Source of the DNA: Vulcanimicrobiota bacterium
Lineage (GTDB): Bacteria; Vulcanimicrobiota; Xenobia; Xenobiales; JADMJV01
Assembly (NCBI GenBank): GCA_050250895.1
Contig: JBFWNU010000001.1
Coordinates: forward strand, 1,000,008 to 1,064,007
DNA: 64,000 nt
Reading direction: 5' to 3'
Of this stretch, positions 49,264-58,405 are shown one piece after another (position 1 is the first letter of the stretch; each line of letters begins with the position of its first letter). The translations under genes were made by a program, and so were the position numbers. Under the pieces are notes generated by a model. That model was not told the origin of the DNA and searched no databases. It saw only the letters and a list, made by a program, of their open reading frames with translations.

Positions 49264-49812
49264 CTAGCGCTTGTAGACCTGACGCGGGTGGGGTTCAGCC
49301 AACACCGAGTCGACCGGGTCCCAGATGCGCATCTTCAGATCCCAATTGACCTCAGAGTCACTCTCGATTTTCACCACGATGCGCTCATAGTCGTTTCCAT
49401 CGCGGGGAATGCTGTAACGAATGTTACCGCGTGCTTCGGGAAATGCTCCGAGGAGTTTCATGTCGGGAGTGTAGAAGTAAACGCTCAGTTTCTCAGGTCG
49501 CAGGGCGCGATAGCCATGCCCCATGGGAAACACGTCATACAGGCCGAGTCGAGGAATGATCTCATACCGCATGCGGTGAGATTCAATCTCCCAATACTTC
49601 CCGTTGATCGCGTCGAACGTCACGTAGCTCTTCGGATAGAAGAAGAAGTTAGTGACGTGGGACGGATACTGGTACACTTTGTACCGGTAAGGTCCATGCT
49701 CGGTGATGTCAGAGCGTGTGCCCAAGTCGTCTTCCGCCGCGGCGGGAGAGAGACAAAAGAGCCCTACGGCCACGACGGCAGCGAACACCGACAACAAAGA
49801 TTTACATCTCAT
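49264..49812 (-). CDS. Secreted hypothetical protein (aromatic-rich)
   Basis: Signal peptide ending AAA|E; start set at ATG 49812. Confidence 0.7.
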   Translation of the reverse strand: MRCKSLLSVFAAVVAVGLFCLSPAAAEDDLGTRSDITEHGPYRYKVYQYPSHVTNFFFYPKSYVTFDAINGKYWEIESHRMRYEIIPRLGLYDVFPMGHGYRALRPEKLSVYFYTPDMKLLGAFPEARGNIRYSIPRDGNDYERIVVKIESDSEVNWDLKMRIWDPVDSVLAEPHPRQVYKR

Positions 49813-49983
49813 CCGGGCCTTCTCCTTGTCGATATTTTCCTTCGAGAAGGCAGAGGCCGAAACCCCAGTCCCCTCGATATCTTGAATTTCCATCAGAAAT
49901 CCAGAGATTCCCCTCCAGTTTCAACGGGACCCAGAAAACTCCTTCCCCCTTCCCCTGGGGCGGCGATGCCTTTATTTAAAGAC

Positions 49984-50910
49984 TTAGCGCGCCTTTCCAA
50001 GAAAGTCCTGGTCTTCAGCATAAGAGACTATCGAACATCCTTCCGCTTGAAGCAGCTTCAAAAGTGTGGTAAAGGCGTTGACGTCACCGTCGTAGAGAAA
50101 TCGGACCAGGTTGCCCGTCTGGGTCGAAACCGACAGGTGATACACTTGCTCATTGCGCTCGAGAAATCGCACGGCCGCCCGAAACCCCGCCTCGAACTGA
50201 ACCTGCATCATCCTGAAGTTCACCAGCTTGGGCAACAGGTCCCTGACGCGCCCACAAGCCAGCACTCGATCAGCCACCAGGATGCAGACATGACTGCACA
50301 GTTCCGACAACTCGGCCAGCGTCTCGGAGCACAACACCAGGGCCCGCCCGCGCCCCCTCAACTCGGACAAAATCTCGACCAGCTGGGTCCGTTCGGCACG
50401 CTCGAGCTTGACCAGACAATCGTCCATCAAGAAAAGGTCGGGATCATGGATGAGGGCCCGGGCCATTCCCAACCAGCGACGAGAACCGTAACTCATGGTC
50501 GAGACGAGCTTGTCCTGAAAGCCGTCCAGCCGAACCAGCCGAAGACATTCGCGAATCAAGTAGGGTCGGTAGTGAAGATCGACCTCGAAGGCCTCGGCAA
50601 AAAACTCGAGATACTCCTGACAGGAAAGCTCTTCATAAACTCCCGGCGTGCTCGAGACATAGCCGGTCAGGCTGCGAGTGCTCGGACCTACCGGCCAGCC
50701 ACAGATCTCGACCTTCCCGGTAAAATCCGTGCGCAGCCCCGCCAATATCGCCAGCAGGCTCGACTTGCCCGAACTCGGGGGGCCCACCACGCCCATCACC
50801 TGACCGGCCTCGAGGCGAAAGTCCAGACCCTCTGGCTCACGCCCCCTCACCGTCTTGAGCACTAGACCGCTAACGTCGAGTATGGGAGAATCGGGAGATT
50901 TACGGCTCAA
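49984..50910 (-). CDS. ABC-2-type ATP-binding protein with degenerate motifs
   Basis: Walker A GPPSSGKS; signature MSYGS; Walker B FLMDD; H-loop CSE. Confidence 0.85.
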   Translation of the reverse strand: MSRKSPDSPILDVSGLVLKTVRGREPEGLDFRLEAGQVMGVVGPPSSGKSSLLAILAGLRTDFTGKVEICGWPVGPSTRSLTGYVSSTPGVYEELSCQEYLEFFAEAFEVDLHYRPYLIRECLRLVRLDGFQDKLVSTMSYGSRRWLGMARALIHDPDLFLMDDCLVKLERAERTQLVEILSELRGRGRALVLCSETLAELSELCSHVCILVADRVLACGRVRDLLPKLVNFRMMQVQFEAGFRAAVRFLERNEQVYHLSVSTQTGNLVRFLYDGDVNAFTTLLKLLQAEGCSIVSYAEDQDFLGKAR

Positions 50911-52633
50911 GGTGATGAATCACGATGCTGTCCAGTTCGCTCACCTTCAAAGCCGTGTTCAAGCGGTCGCGCATCGCTTCCACCTGATCGTCGGCCAGAG
51001 ACTGGTTGGCCGTCACCGTGATGATCCGCCCTCCCCCGGGCTTGGACTGGACCTGGATGGTCACTCCAAAATCGCGCTCCAGAGAGGTCACCGGGTCTAC
51101 CACAGCCACTTGAGGAACCGCCCCGGCCCCGGACTGCCGCCCAGAAGCACGAGCCCCGGGAACACCCAGACTATCTTCGACTCCGATATTACTGACCACG
51201 TTCGGTTTGGCACTGGCCACCGGAGCACTGCGAGGAGCGTTGGCGTGATAGCTGGCCCCAGAACTCGTCTCTCCCACCGCCATCCCGCTCACCGTCTCGC
51301 TGGCCGGGGTCTGAGCCGTTTCGCGTCTCCCTTGATAGCCGGCGCTGAGCTTGGCGCGTTCATTGGCAGGCTCGTCGCGGCGAACCTCGCTTTCGACGCT
51401 CTTCTTGGGCTTTAGGGCCGAGACGGCATTGCCGGTTTGGTCCCGCTCGTCGGCGAACTGGTCGGCCCCGGGCTGGCTGGCAGCCGGTGCGGCAGCCGCA
51501 ACCTTGGCCTCCTGCGCTTTTGGCGTTTCGGGCATCTTCTTGACGGCCGGAACGCGGGGCTTGATCACGGGCTCGGGCAGCTTCTCGAGGTCGAATTCCT
51601 CCTCGTCTCCCTCAAGAATCCCATCATCCATCTGACCGGCTACCACCCGCCGGCGGCGGGTATAGTCCACGGCCGGAAGCAACTCTGCGTCCTTGTCTTG
51701 CGGGGCGTCTAGATCCTCAGCCAACTGTTCTTCGCGAGCCATCTTGGCGCGAGACTTGTAGCGCTCGGGCACGACCACGGCCACTTCCTTGGCCTGGGGC
51801 TCGTCGGTCTTGGCGGTCGACTCGGCCGGGGGCGACTTGAGCTGCTCCAGCGCCTCTCGAGCCCGCGTCTCCTCGTCGCTGGTGACATACAGGCCCTCGC
51901 CTTTGACCGCATACTTGACCTTGTGGTCGAGCAACTGGCGAGCCTGCTTGCGCAACTCCTCGGGATTCTCCGAGTCGGACACCCGCACCCCGAAGGTCAG
52001 TGGCTCAGGGGCCTCGGCCTCGGGACTGGGACGAGTCATGGTGGCCACCCCGGGCTCGGCTGTAGGCCTGTTCTTGTTGGTATAGACCATGCCGAAACAA
52101 AGCGCCACCAGACAAGTGGCTACGGCCACGAACGGCTTGGGATTAAGCGTACCTAGAGCGGCCAGCAAGCGCGGCCACCAGCCCACCTCTCGCTTCTCTT
52201 TGGCCGGGGTACCGTGATTGGCCAGGAAAGCCTTCCGGAGCGCCTCTGGCATGGACCCGGGACTAGCTTCGCCAGCCTCAGCCCGGGCCATTTCCTGGTC
52301 GAGCTCGCGCAACAGCACAGCTTCTCTCTGGGCCGAAGGAGAGTCCGCCAGTTTCAGCCGCAGAGACTTGCGCTCGTCGGGCGATAGATCGTCGGCCTGA
52401 TAGACTAGCTTGAGTAACTCGTCGGGAGTCACCACCGCCTCGGGCAGGCCGTGGCCAGCGATGCGATAAGCCGCCCGCAGCGACCCAATCGCCTCTTCGA
52501 TGCCCGCCAACTCCTCGGCCGCTCCACTGTCGGTCCGCAACAGTTCTTCTACCTCTTCGGCCTCGGCAGGGTTGAGCACCCCTTCGAGGTAGGGCACGAA
52601 TCGCTCGGATAGTTTATCTTGGTCCGATTCCAC
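50900..52633 (-). CDS. Membrane-anchored anti-sigma factor candidate
   Basis: N-terminal YLEGxLxxxE anti-sigma-like helices and a single TM; directly downstream of the ECF sigma. Confidence 0.7.
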   Translation of the reverse strand: MESDQDKLSERFVPYLEGVLNPAEAEEVEELLRTDSGAAEELAGIEEAIGSLRAAYRIAGHGLPEAVVTPDELLKLVYQADDLSPDERKSLRLKLADSPSAQREAVLLRELDQEMARAEAGEASPGSMPEALRKAFLANHGTPAKEKREVGWWPRLLAALGTLNPKPFVAVATCLVALCFGMVYTNKNRPTAEPGVATMTRPSPEAEAPEPLTFGVRVSDSENPEELRKQARQLLDHKVKYAVKGEGLYVTSDEETRAREALEQLKSPPAESTAKTDEPQAKEVAVVVPERYKSRAKMAREEQLAEDLDAPQDKDAELLPAVDYTRRRRVVAGQMDDGILEGDEEEFDLEKLPEPVIKPRVPAVKKMPETPKAQEAKVAAAAPAASQPGADQFADERDQTGNAVSALKPKKSVESEVRRDEPANERAKLSAGYQGRRETAQTPASETVSGMAVGETSSGASYHANAPRSAPVASAKPNVVSNIGVEDSLGVPGARASGRQSGAGAVPQVAVVDPVTSLERDFGVTIQVQSKPGGGRIITVTANQSLADDQVEAMRDRLNTALKVSELDSIVIHHLEP

Positions 52634-52696
52634 GTTCTACCATCTCACATTCCCGGCTTCTGCCAACTTTGTCGCAAACCGGAGACGTACATTCCC

Positions 52697-53296
52697 CTAA
52701 ACTTTTTCTTTCTTCTCGAGTTTCGCCCTCAGCTTGGTCAGGCATCGTTTGAGTCGCGAACAAACCGTGCCCAGCGGCAGTTCGAGGATGTCGCAAATCT
52801 CGTTGTAAGACAACTCACGATAGTAGCGAAGCTTGATGATCTGCTGGCAGTCGCCGCCCAGGGCTTCGAGGCAATCCATCACTCGTCCGGCGTCGTCGTC
52901 CGACATCACCAACTCCTCGGGTCCAGGACCCGGCTCCACCGCCAACGCACGCGGCCCGTCCTGATGACCCTTGCCCTCTTCCAGCTCGTAGCCGAGTTCT
53001 TCCTGACCCCGTTTGAGCGCGGTCTTGCGACGCAAATTCGAAATGCACCGGTTGCGAGCCAGGCGATCGAGAAAGGTTCCGAGTTTGGCATCACCACGAA
53101 AACGAGGCAAACTGCGAACGAGTTCAAGAAAGACCTCTTGAACGGCGTCCTCGACCTCGTTTACGGAAAACCCCCATCGCTTCCACCCGATGACTCGACG
53201 AACCCGTGAATAATAGCTCTTGTAGAGCATCTCCCAGGCGGTGGAATCACCATCGAGACAGCGCTGGATCAACTCAGCCTCGCTAGGTTTGGTCAT
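52697..53296 (-). CDS. ECF RNA polymerase sigma factor
   Basis: EDAVQEVF and LSYNEI..IL.LPLGTV.SRL.R. Confidence 0.95.
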   Translation of the reverse strand: MTKPSEAELIQRCLDGDSTAWEMLYKSYYSRVRRVIGWKRWGFSVNEVEDAVQEVFLELVRSLPRFRGDAKLGTFLDRLARNRCISNLRRKTALKRGQEELGYELEEGKGHQDGPRALAVEPGPGPEELVMSDDDAGRVMDCLEALGGDCQQIIKLRYYRELSYNEICDILELPLGTVCSRLKRCLTKLRAKLEKKEKV

Positions 53297-53431
53297 GGTG
53301 CACTGGCCCAGGATTTTTGGACTTTAGCGATCGATTCCTCCAACTCGCGATCGAACAAACCGGAGGAGATACGATCCTGCCAGAGAATAAGAGGCGTGCG
53401 CTCGTGACGGGCGCTCCAAGAGGAGGAAAGA

Positions 53432-54193
53432 ATGTTAGGAGATACGATCACACTCGCCTATAACATGAGAGAGGGGGAGTCTCTGCGTTATAAGACCGAG
53501 GTCCTCTCCGAGCAAACCATGAAAGAGGATGGCAAATCGCCTCAAACCGGCACTTCCCTCCTCGAGATGACCATGTTGCAGGCGGTCAAGCAAGTCACCC
53601 CCGATGGCCAGATGAAAGTGGCTGTCACCATCGAGAGTGGCTCAATAAAGAAAGACGGCCAGGTAGCTCCCCTGCCTTCGGTCGGTCAGACCATTAACAT
53701 CGTGATGGAGAAGTCGGGCAAAATCGTCCAAACCGACGTGCCCTTCCCCTTCAGCCAACCGGCCTTCCCCACCGATCCCGTCGGTATGAACCAGAGCTGG
53801 ACCGGCAAGTCCGAGATGGACATCCCTTTGTATGACGACGCTGGCAACGAGACCGGCAAGAAACAGGTCACGCTCAACTACGAGTACACCCTGGGCGGCT
53901 TCGAGCATCAACTCGGCTACGAAACCGCCGTCATCAATGTGAAGTGTCCATCCACCAGCATCGAGCTTCAAGAGGGCATCACCCAGACCATTAAAGCCAA
54001 CGGTGTCACCAACTTCGGCCACAAACAGGGCCGCTTGATTCGGTCCAAGGTATCCACCGAGACCGAGATCACAGCCCCTGGCGCCACTGTCGGCACCAAG
54101 ATCAAAGTGAACGTAGAATTGGTAGACGCCAGCAGCGGTCCTAGCGAGGGCGGCGGCGGCATCGGCTCCGACGAGCAGTTCATCATCCGCTAA
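53432..54193 (+). CDS. Hypothetical beta-rich protein (DUF6263-like)
   Basis: LxYxxxxG.SLRY and FPxxPVxxxxSW; GAGGAGG RBS. Confidence 0.65.
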   Translation: MLGDTITLAYNMREGESLRYKTEVLSEQTMKEDGKSPQTGTSLLEMTMLQAVKQVTPDGQMKVAVTIESGSIKKDGQVAPLPSVGQTINIVMEKSGKIVQTDVPFPFSQPAFPTDPVGMNQSWTGKSEMDIPLYDDAGNETGKKQVTLNYEYTLGGFEHQLGYETAVINVKCPSTSIELQEGITQTIKANGVTNFGHKQGRLIRSKVSTETEITAPGATVGTKIKVNVELVDASSGPSEGGGGIGSDEQFIIR

Positions 54194-54210
54194 TCCCGGA
54201 TCGACAACCG

Positions 54211-54242
54211 AAAAGAGAGAGAGGCCTGTCTCTCTCTTTTTT
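54211..54242. terminator. Bidirectional-type Rho-independent terminator
   Basis: AAAAGAGAGAGA-GGCCTG-TCTCTCTCTTTTTT. Confidence 0.85.
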
Positions 54243-54310
54243 CATTTAACGCTCTTGTGACGCCGGGGCGGTAAAGTTTCCTCAGTGAGATGAGATTGGT
54301 TGGACCTAAC

Positions 54311-54341
54311 GCCCCGGCGAAAGCCGGGGCTTTTTCTTTTT
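54311..54341 (+). terminator. Second terminator with no upstream CDS (candidate sRNA or leader end)
   Basis: GCCCCGGC-GAAA-GCCGGGGC-TTTTTCTTTTT. Confidence 0.8.
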
Positions 54342-54442
54342 CCACCGAGGTTTCCTGACTTCATTGCATCCGCTGCCGAGCACTATACGCCTCACCCCTC
54401 AACTTCTCAGGGATGCGAAGCTTTCATTCCGGCGGGCCGCCA

Positions 54443-54880
54443 GTGTGGCTCGCCAGTGGCGCGCCTGAGAAATAAACCGCGGAGATCAGATCAGGGGGCG
54501 GTGGGTGAGCGTCCTGGCGACCACCTGGTGCCGCACCGCCGCCGTCAGCCTGGGTGGCTCGACCACGGGGCCGGCCGACTTCCGCACGGAAGAGCAACCT
54601 CGACCGAGTACGGCGCTACCACGTGCCGAATCCGGCACCAACTGGTGCCGTACCCGTACCGCCGCGGCAGCCTGGGTGGCTCGATCACGGTCGCGGGCAA
54701 GCCGACTTCCGCGCGGAAGAGCAACCTCGACCAAGTACGGCGCTACCAAGTGCCGAATCCGGCACCACCTGGTGCCGTACCGCCGCCGGCCGCCGGCCAG
54801 CCTGGCTAGTGGGTAGTTCGGCGACGGTCGCGGGGCAAGCCGACTTCCGCACGGAAGAGGGGAAGAGCAAACTCGCCCGA
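54443..54880 (+). repeat. Non-coding element: ~78-bp head + about 3 tandem palindrome-rich units of ~120 bp
   Basis: Units start at 54520, 54637 and 54764; hairpins CTTCC-GC(A/G)C-GGAAG, GTGCCG-AATC-CGGCAC and GGCACC-N4-GGTGCC. Confidence 0.9.
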
Positions 54881-54930
54881 CCTCCCCGCGGAAGCCGCGG
54901 TTCGTCTTAAACCTTGAGCCAGACAGCGCA

Positions 54931-54967
54931 AAACAAAAAAGGCCCCACTCGAAACGAGTGGGGCCTT
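54931..54967 (-). terminator. Rho-independent terminator of SLH porin gene 2
   Basis: On the - strand GGCCCCACTCG-TTT-CGAGTGGGGCC-TTTTTT. Confidence 0.9.
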
Positions 54968-54979
54968 CCTAGACAAGGC

Positions 54980-57703
54980 CTAGAACTTCACTGACACCGA
55001 CGAGGTGATCTGGATGCCTTCCCAACTGAAGGGATGGACAGCCTGAGCACCGTTGTTGATGTTCAGTGAGGGCAGGGTAGGATTGCTGAAGACGTAAGCC
55101 GGAACGTGGTCCTTGAAGCTGTAGTAGCGGGCATCCGCACTCCAGATCACGTCATCGTGAATCTCCCAGTCGAAGCCAATCTCGGGCCAGGTTTCGGTGA
55201 TGTCAACGTTGTTAAAACGGGTCTGACCAGAAGCCTCGGCAAAGAGGTTGTCTACGCCGAGCGGGTCGAGATGGCCGTAAATGTCGACATTGGTGAAACC
55301 GATGCGGCCGGTGAAGTCTTCGGAGAAGTCGTAATCAGCCTCGACATGCCAACCGACGAACGACAGGTCCACGAAGTTCTGGTTCTCGGCTTGGGTGCCG
55401 GCACCAGGGAATCCGAGGTTGCGCCCGATGGCCTGCATGTTGCTGGCACGCTCGAAGTCGAGCCACTTGAATCCACCTTTGAGGGTAAATCCGCGGTTGT
55501 TGTTAGCTTCGTCGAACAGCCACTTGTGGCCGGCCGAGAAGTAGAGGTTCTCGACTTTACCCTTGTTGTCTTCGAGGGGCACGGCGAACGCGTTGCCGCC
55601 AGAAGCAGCGAACGTGGCCGGGTGATAACCGCCGAAGAGGGGCTCCATCCAACCGGGCGAGAAGCCGAGCACCGGGGTGTTGGGCGTGCCTGGAGCGATG
55701 GAATTGGTCGAAAAACGGACATCCTGCAACGAGCTGACCTTCTGGGTCAGGTTACCGTACTCGATGCTGGCCCGACCGGTGGGCCGGAACTTCCAGGTCG
55801 CCTTGGCCCGGAAGCCCTCACGGTTGTGAGGCAGAGCCTTGGTGTTGTGCAACGAGTAGAGGTTGTTGAAGTAGTGGAAGTCCGGAGTGTGCCACAAAGG
55901 CGTCGAGATTCCACCGATGGTGGGAATCTGAATCAAGAAGGGCGAGTAACGGGGATCGACAGACAGGTAGTGGATGTCGACATCGAGGTCACCGTTCAAC
56001 AGAAGGGCACTAGCACCGAGCTTGAAGGCGTCGCCGTCAGCTGAGTAGCTGGAGTTCTTCTGGGGACGGTACTCGGAGTGACCGTACTCACCATAGATCT
56101 TGGGCTGAAACTCGTTATCGAACTCATAGGAGAATCCGATACCATAGCTGGTCTGGTCCTGAGGACCAACACCACCGACGTTGGGGACGCCCTGCGGAAG
56201 CAGGCCGGCGTTTACGGCGGCGGCCAGAGAGCCGTCAGCATTGAACACGGCGTTGGTGGGCACCGGGCGAACGTCGCCCGTGCTGCCAATACCGCCCACG
56301 TTCAGGCTGCCAACTCCACCGATCTGGTTCACGTAGAATCCGTTGGGATTGACCCAGTTCACCAGGGTGTTCAGGTTCGGGTTCTGAATCAGACCCACGG
56401 TCCGAGCCGCTCCGTTAGAAGCGTCATCGGCGGCGTGCAAAAAGTTGAAGCTGATGTGACCGCGCTCCTGATGGAAACGCAGCGCCAGCTTCAGACCTTC
56501 GGCGTGACTGAAGTAGGAAGCACCGACGCCCGGCGTGCCGGGGGTGACCGAACCGGTGTTGCCGTCAGGCAAAACCGTGCCCATCACCTGCCACTCGATG
56601 TTCATGTCTTCTTCGTCATCGATGGGGAACTCGCCGTCGACCAGGAAACCGTAGTTTTCCAGGTGCTCCGGCCCGTACTGATTGGGGTTGAGCATGCCGA
56701 CGTAGATCGAGTCGTTGAACTCGTGCTCGGAATAGGCGCCCAGAATCAGCTTGGTCTTGCTAGGATGGTGCTCGATCCAGAAGCGGTCGAGGGTCATCCG
56801 AGTGAACGGCTGATTGTTGAGCGGCTGAACACCGGCGAAACCGTTGACCGAAGTCGCGGTAAAGTTGTTCGACAGGTAGGGAGCCTGAACACCATAGTAG
56901 GCATCCACGATGGCATCGCCCTGCGAACTGTATGCGCTGAACTCGGCGCCAGCATCAATCTCGTCGTTGATCTTGATGTTGAGACCGAGAATACCACGCA
57001 TGGTGAAACCGGTCCCGCTGGTGAGCGGACGGCCGGTTTGCCAGTTGGTGGTGGTCAAGGCACCCGTTGCAAACGGATTGAAGACGGGAACGGGCCGCTG
57101 CATGGTCGGCGGGCCGCCCGGGGCTTCAGCCGGCACGGGGGCCGGGAAGCCTGGCAACAGGCCACCGGCTGCAACCGTCGAGCCAACGGCGGCATTATAG
57201 TCAAGGGTGTTGAAAGTGATGCCGGGCAGCAAACTGCGCATGGCATCGCGACCGGAATTCCGGAAGCTCTGGAAAGCTACGCGGGTGTCCACGGAGCCGT
57301 AGAACGTGATGCGCTCGAGTTCGGTAACTCGCTTGTCGATGCGACCGACGTTCTCCTCAAGATTTGTAACACGAACGCCGAGGGCGTCCAGTTCTTCGCG
57401 CAAGGCGTCGGCAAGTTTCCTGAGTTCCTCGAGCTCAGCTTTGGTTGCAAAGGTCGCGTGCGCCTGCTCCATCTTGGCCAGCAGGCGGGCAACGATCATG
57501 GCAACTTCCCAACGGGAAGCGGCCCGATCACCTTTGAACGTTCCATCCGGATATCCCTCGACCAGACCCTTAGCCGCCAAAGCGGCCACAGCGTCCTTCG
57601 CCCAGTGGGCGTCGGGAACATCCGGAAACAGCGGAGCCGAGAAAGCAGGACCAACAAGCGCGACACAAAGCAGCGTTACTATCGCAGCGATATGACGTCT
57701 CAC
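54980..57703 (-). CDS. OmpM/SlpA-like protein: SLH domain + coiled coil + large outer-membrane barrel (paralog 2)
   Basis: Signal peptide, FPDVP..HWA..AV..L...G.VEGYPDGTFKG, heptad coil and C-terminal VSVKF; start GTG 57703 after AAGGAGG. Confidence 0.88.
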   Translation of the reverse strand: MRRHIAAIVTLLCVALVGPAFSAPLFPDVPDAHWAKDAVAALAAKGLVEGYPDGTFKGDRAASRWEVAMIVARLLAKMEQAHATFATKAELEELRKLADALREELDALGVRVTNLEENVGRIDKRVTELERITFYGSVDTRVAFQSFRNSGRDAMRSLLPGITFNTLDYNAAVGSTVAAGGLLPGFPAPVPAEAPGGPPTMQRPVPVFNPFATGALTTTNWQTGRPLTSGTGFTMRGILGLNIKINDEIDAGAEFSAYSSQGDAIVDAYYGVQAPYLSNNFTATSVNGFAGVQPLNNQPFTRMTLDRFWIEHHPSKTKLILGAYSEHEFNDSIYVGMLNPNQYGPEHLENYGFLVDGEFPIDDEEDMNIEWQVMGTVLPDGNTGSVTPGTPGVGASYFSHAEGLKLALRFHQERGHISFNFLHAADDASNGAARTVGLIQNPNLNTLVNWVNPNGFYVNQIGGVGSLNVGGIGSTGDVRPVPTNAVFNADGSLAAAVNAGLLPQGVPNVGGVGPQDQTSYGIGFSYEFDNEFQPKIYGEYGHSEYRPQKNSSYSADGDAFKLGASALLLNGDLDVDIHYLSVDPRYSPFLIQIPTIGGISTPLWHTPDFHYFNNLYSLHNTKALPHNREGFRAKATWKFRPTGRASIEYGNLTQKVSSLQDVRFSTNSIAPGTPNTPVLGFSPGWMEPLFGGYHPATFAASGGNAFAVPLEDNKGKVENLYFSAGHKWLFDEANNNRGFTLKGGFKWLDFERASNMQAIGRNLGFPGAGTQAENQNFVDLSFVGWHVEADYDFSEDFTGRIGFTNVDIYGHLDPLGVDNLFAEASGQTRFNNVDITETWPEIGFDWEIHDDVIWSADARYYSFKDHVPAYVFSNPTLPSLNINNGAQAVHPFSWEGIQITSSVSVKF

Positions 57704-57889
57704 AACGTCTGCCTCCTTTGTTAGGTTCGTTCTGACAAGACAGGAGAGCGTCGCGCGAGCTTCTCGAAGTTTCCTCTGCGACCCAGAGACCCTATCCCCA
57801 TCAAAACCACTCCAATGATCTCGCCCCCCCACAAGGATGCCAATCCAGGCCGGTTAGCCTCTACCACATACCAGGTGGTTGAGCGAGTT

Positions 57890-57914
57890 GAAAATTGAGA
57901 AAAGCTCAATTTTC
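57890..57914. promoter_or_regulatory. Perfect AT-rich inverted repeat; candidate operator
   Basis: GAAAATTGAG-AAAAG-CTCAATTTTC, about 190 bp upstream of paralog 2. Confidence 0.6.
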
Positions 57915-58026
57915 CGGCTTGACCCCTTCGTCGCAGATTTCCCCTTCTCCTCTAGGAGGAACGAGAACTTTGATACTGGCCCAAATCGTGTTGACCGGCC
58001 CGCCCCGTAGTTCAAGACGCCGCCGG

Positions 58027-58276
58027 CCAGGTGGTGCCGTCCTCGGGCGAGGTTTGCTCTTCCGTGCTTCCGTGCTTGAGCGCCTGAGAGTGGTCTCCAT
58101 ATTGATAGGGATCGGGCAACCACCGAGCCACCGCCGTTTTGAGCACCCCGTTCGATGGGGCAAACCCCAAACCCATAAATTCGCCAGGACGCTCACCCCA
58201 CGCCCCCCCACAACCCTCTCCGTGCTCTCCCGATCTCCGCGGTCGATTTCTCAGGCGCCCCACTGGCGTGCCACAC
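58027..58276 (-). repeat. Inverted partial copy of the 54443-54880 element
   Basis: Reverse complement of 58181-58276 matches 54443-54520; reverse complement of 58027-58067 matches the unit motifs GCACGGAAGAGCAA.CTCG.CCGA and GGCACCACCTGG. Confidence 0.85.
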
Positions 58277-58349
58277 CGACCTGTGCTTCGACCACGCGCC
58301 GCGCCGCCACGACAGACGCGCTTCAGGCACCGCTTACCTGGTGGGGTCT

Positions 58350-58384
58350 AAAAAATAAAAAAAGAGCCCGCCGAAGCGGGCTCT
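58350..58384 (-). terminator. Rho-independent terminator of SLH porin gene 1
   Basis: On the - strand AGAGCCCGC-TTCG-GCGGGCTCT followed by a long T-tract. Confidence 0.9.
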
Positions 58385-58405
58385 CCTATCCAGTTTGGCC
58401 TAGTA

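Noticed and set aside
54520-54880. CRISPR array
   Set aside because: Whole ~120-bp units are homologous, there are no unique spacers, and no cas genes are in the window.
54300-54910. Overlapping short ORFs across the repeat region
   Set aside because: Unit lengths (117, 127) do not preserve frame, translations are Arg/Pro-rich noise, and there is no RBS.
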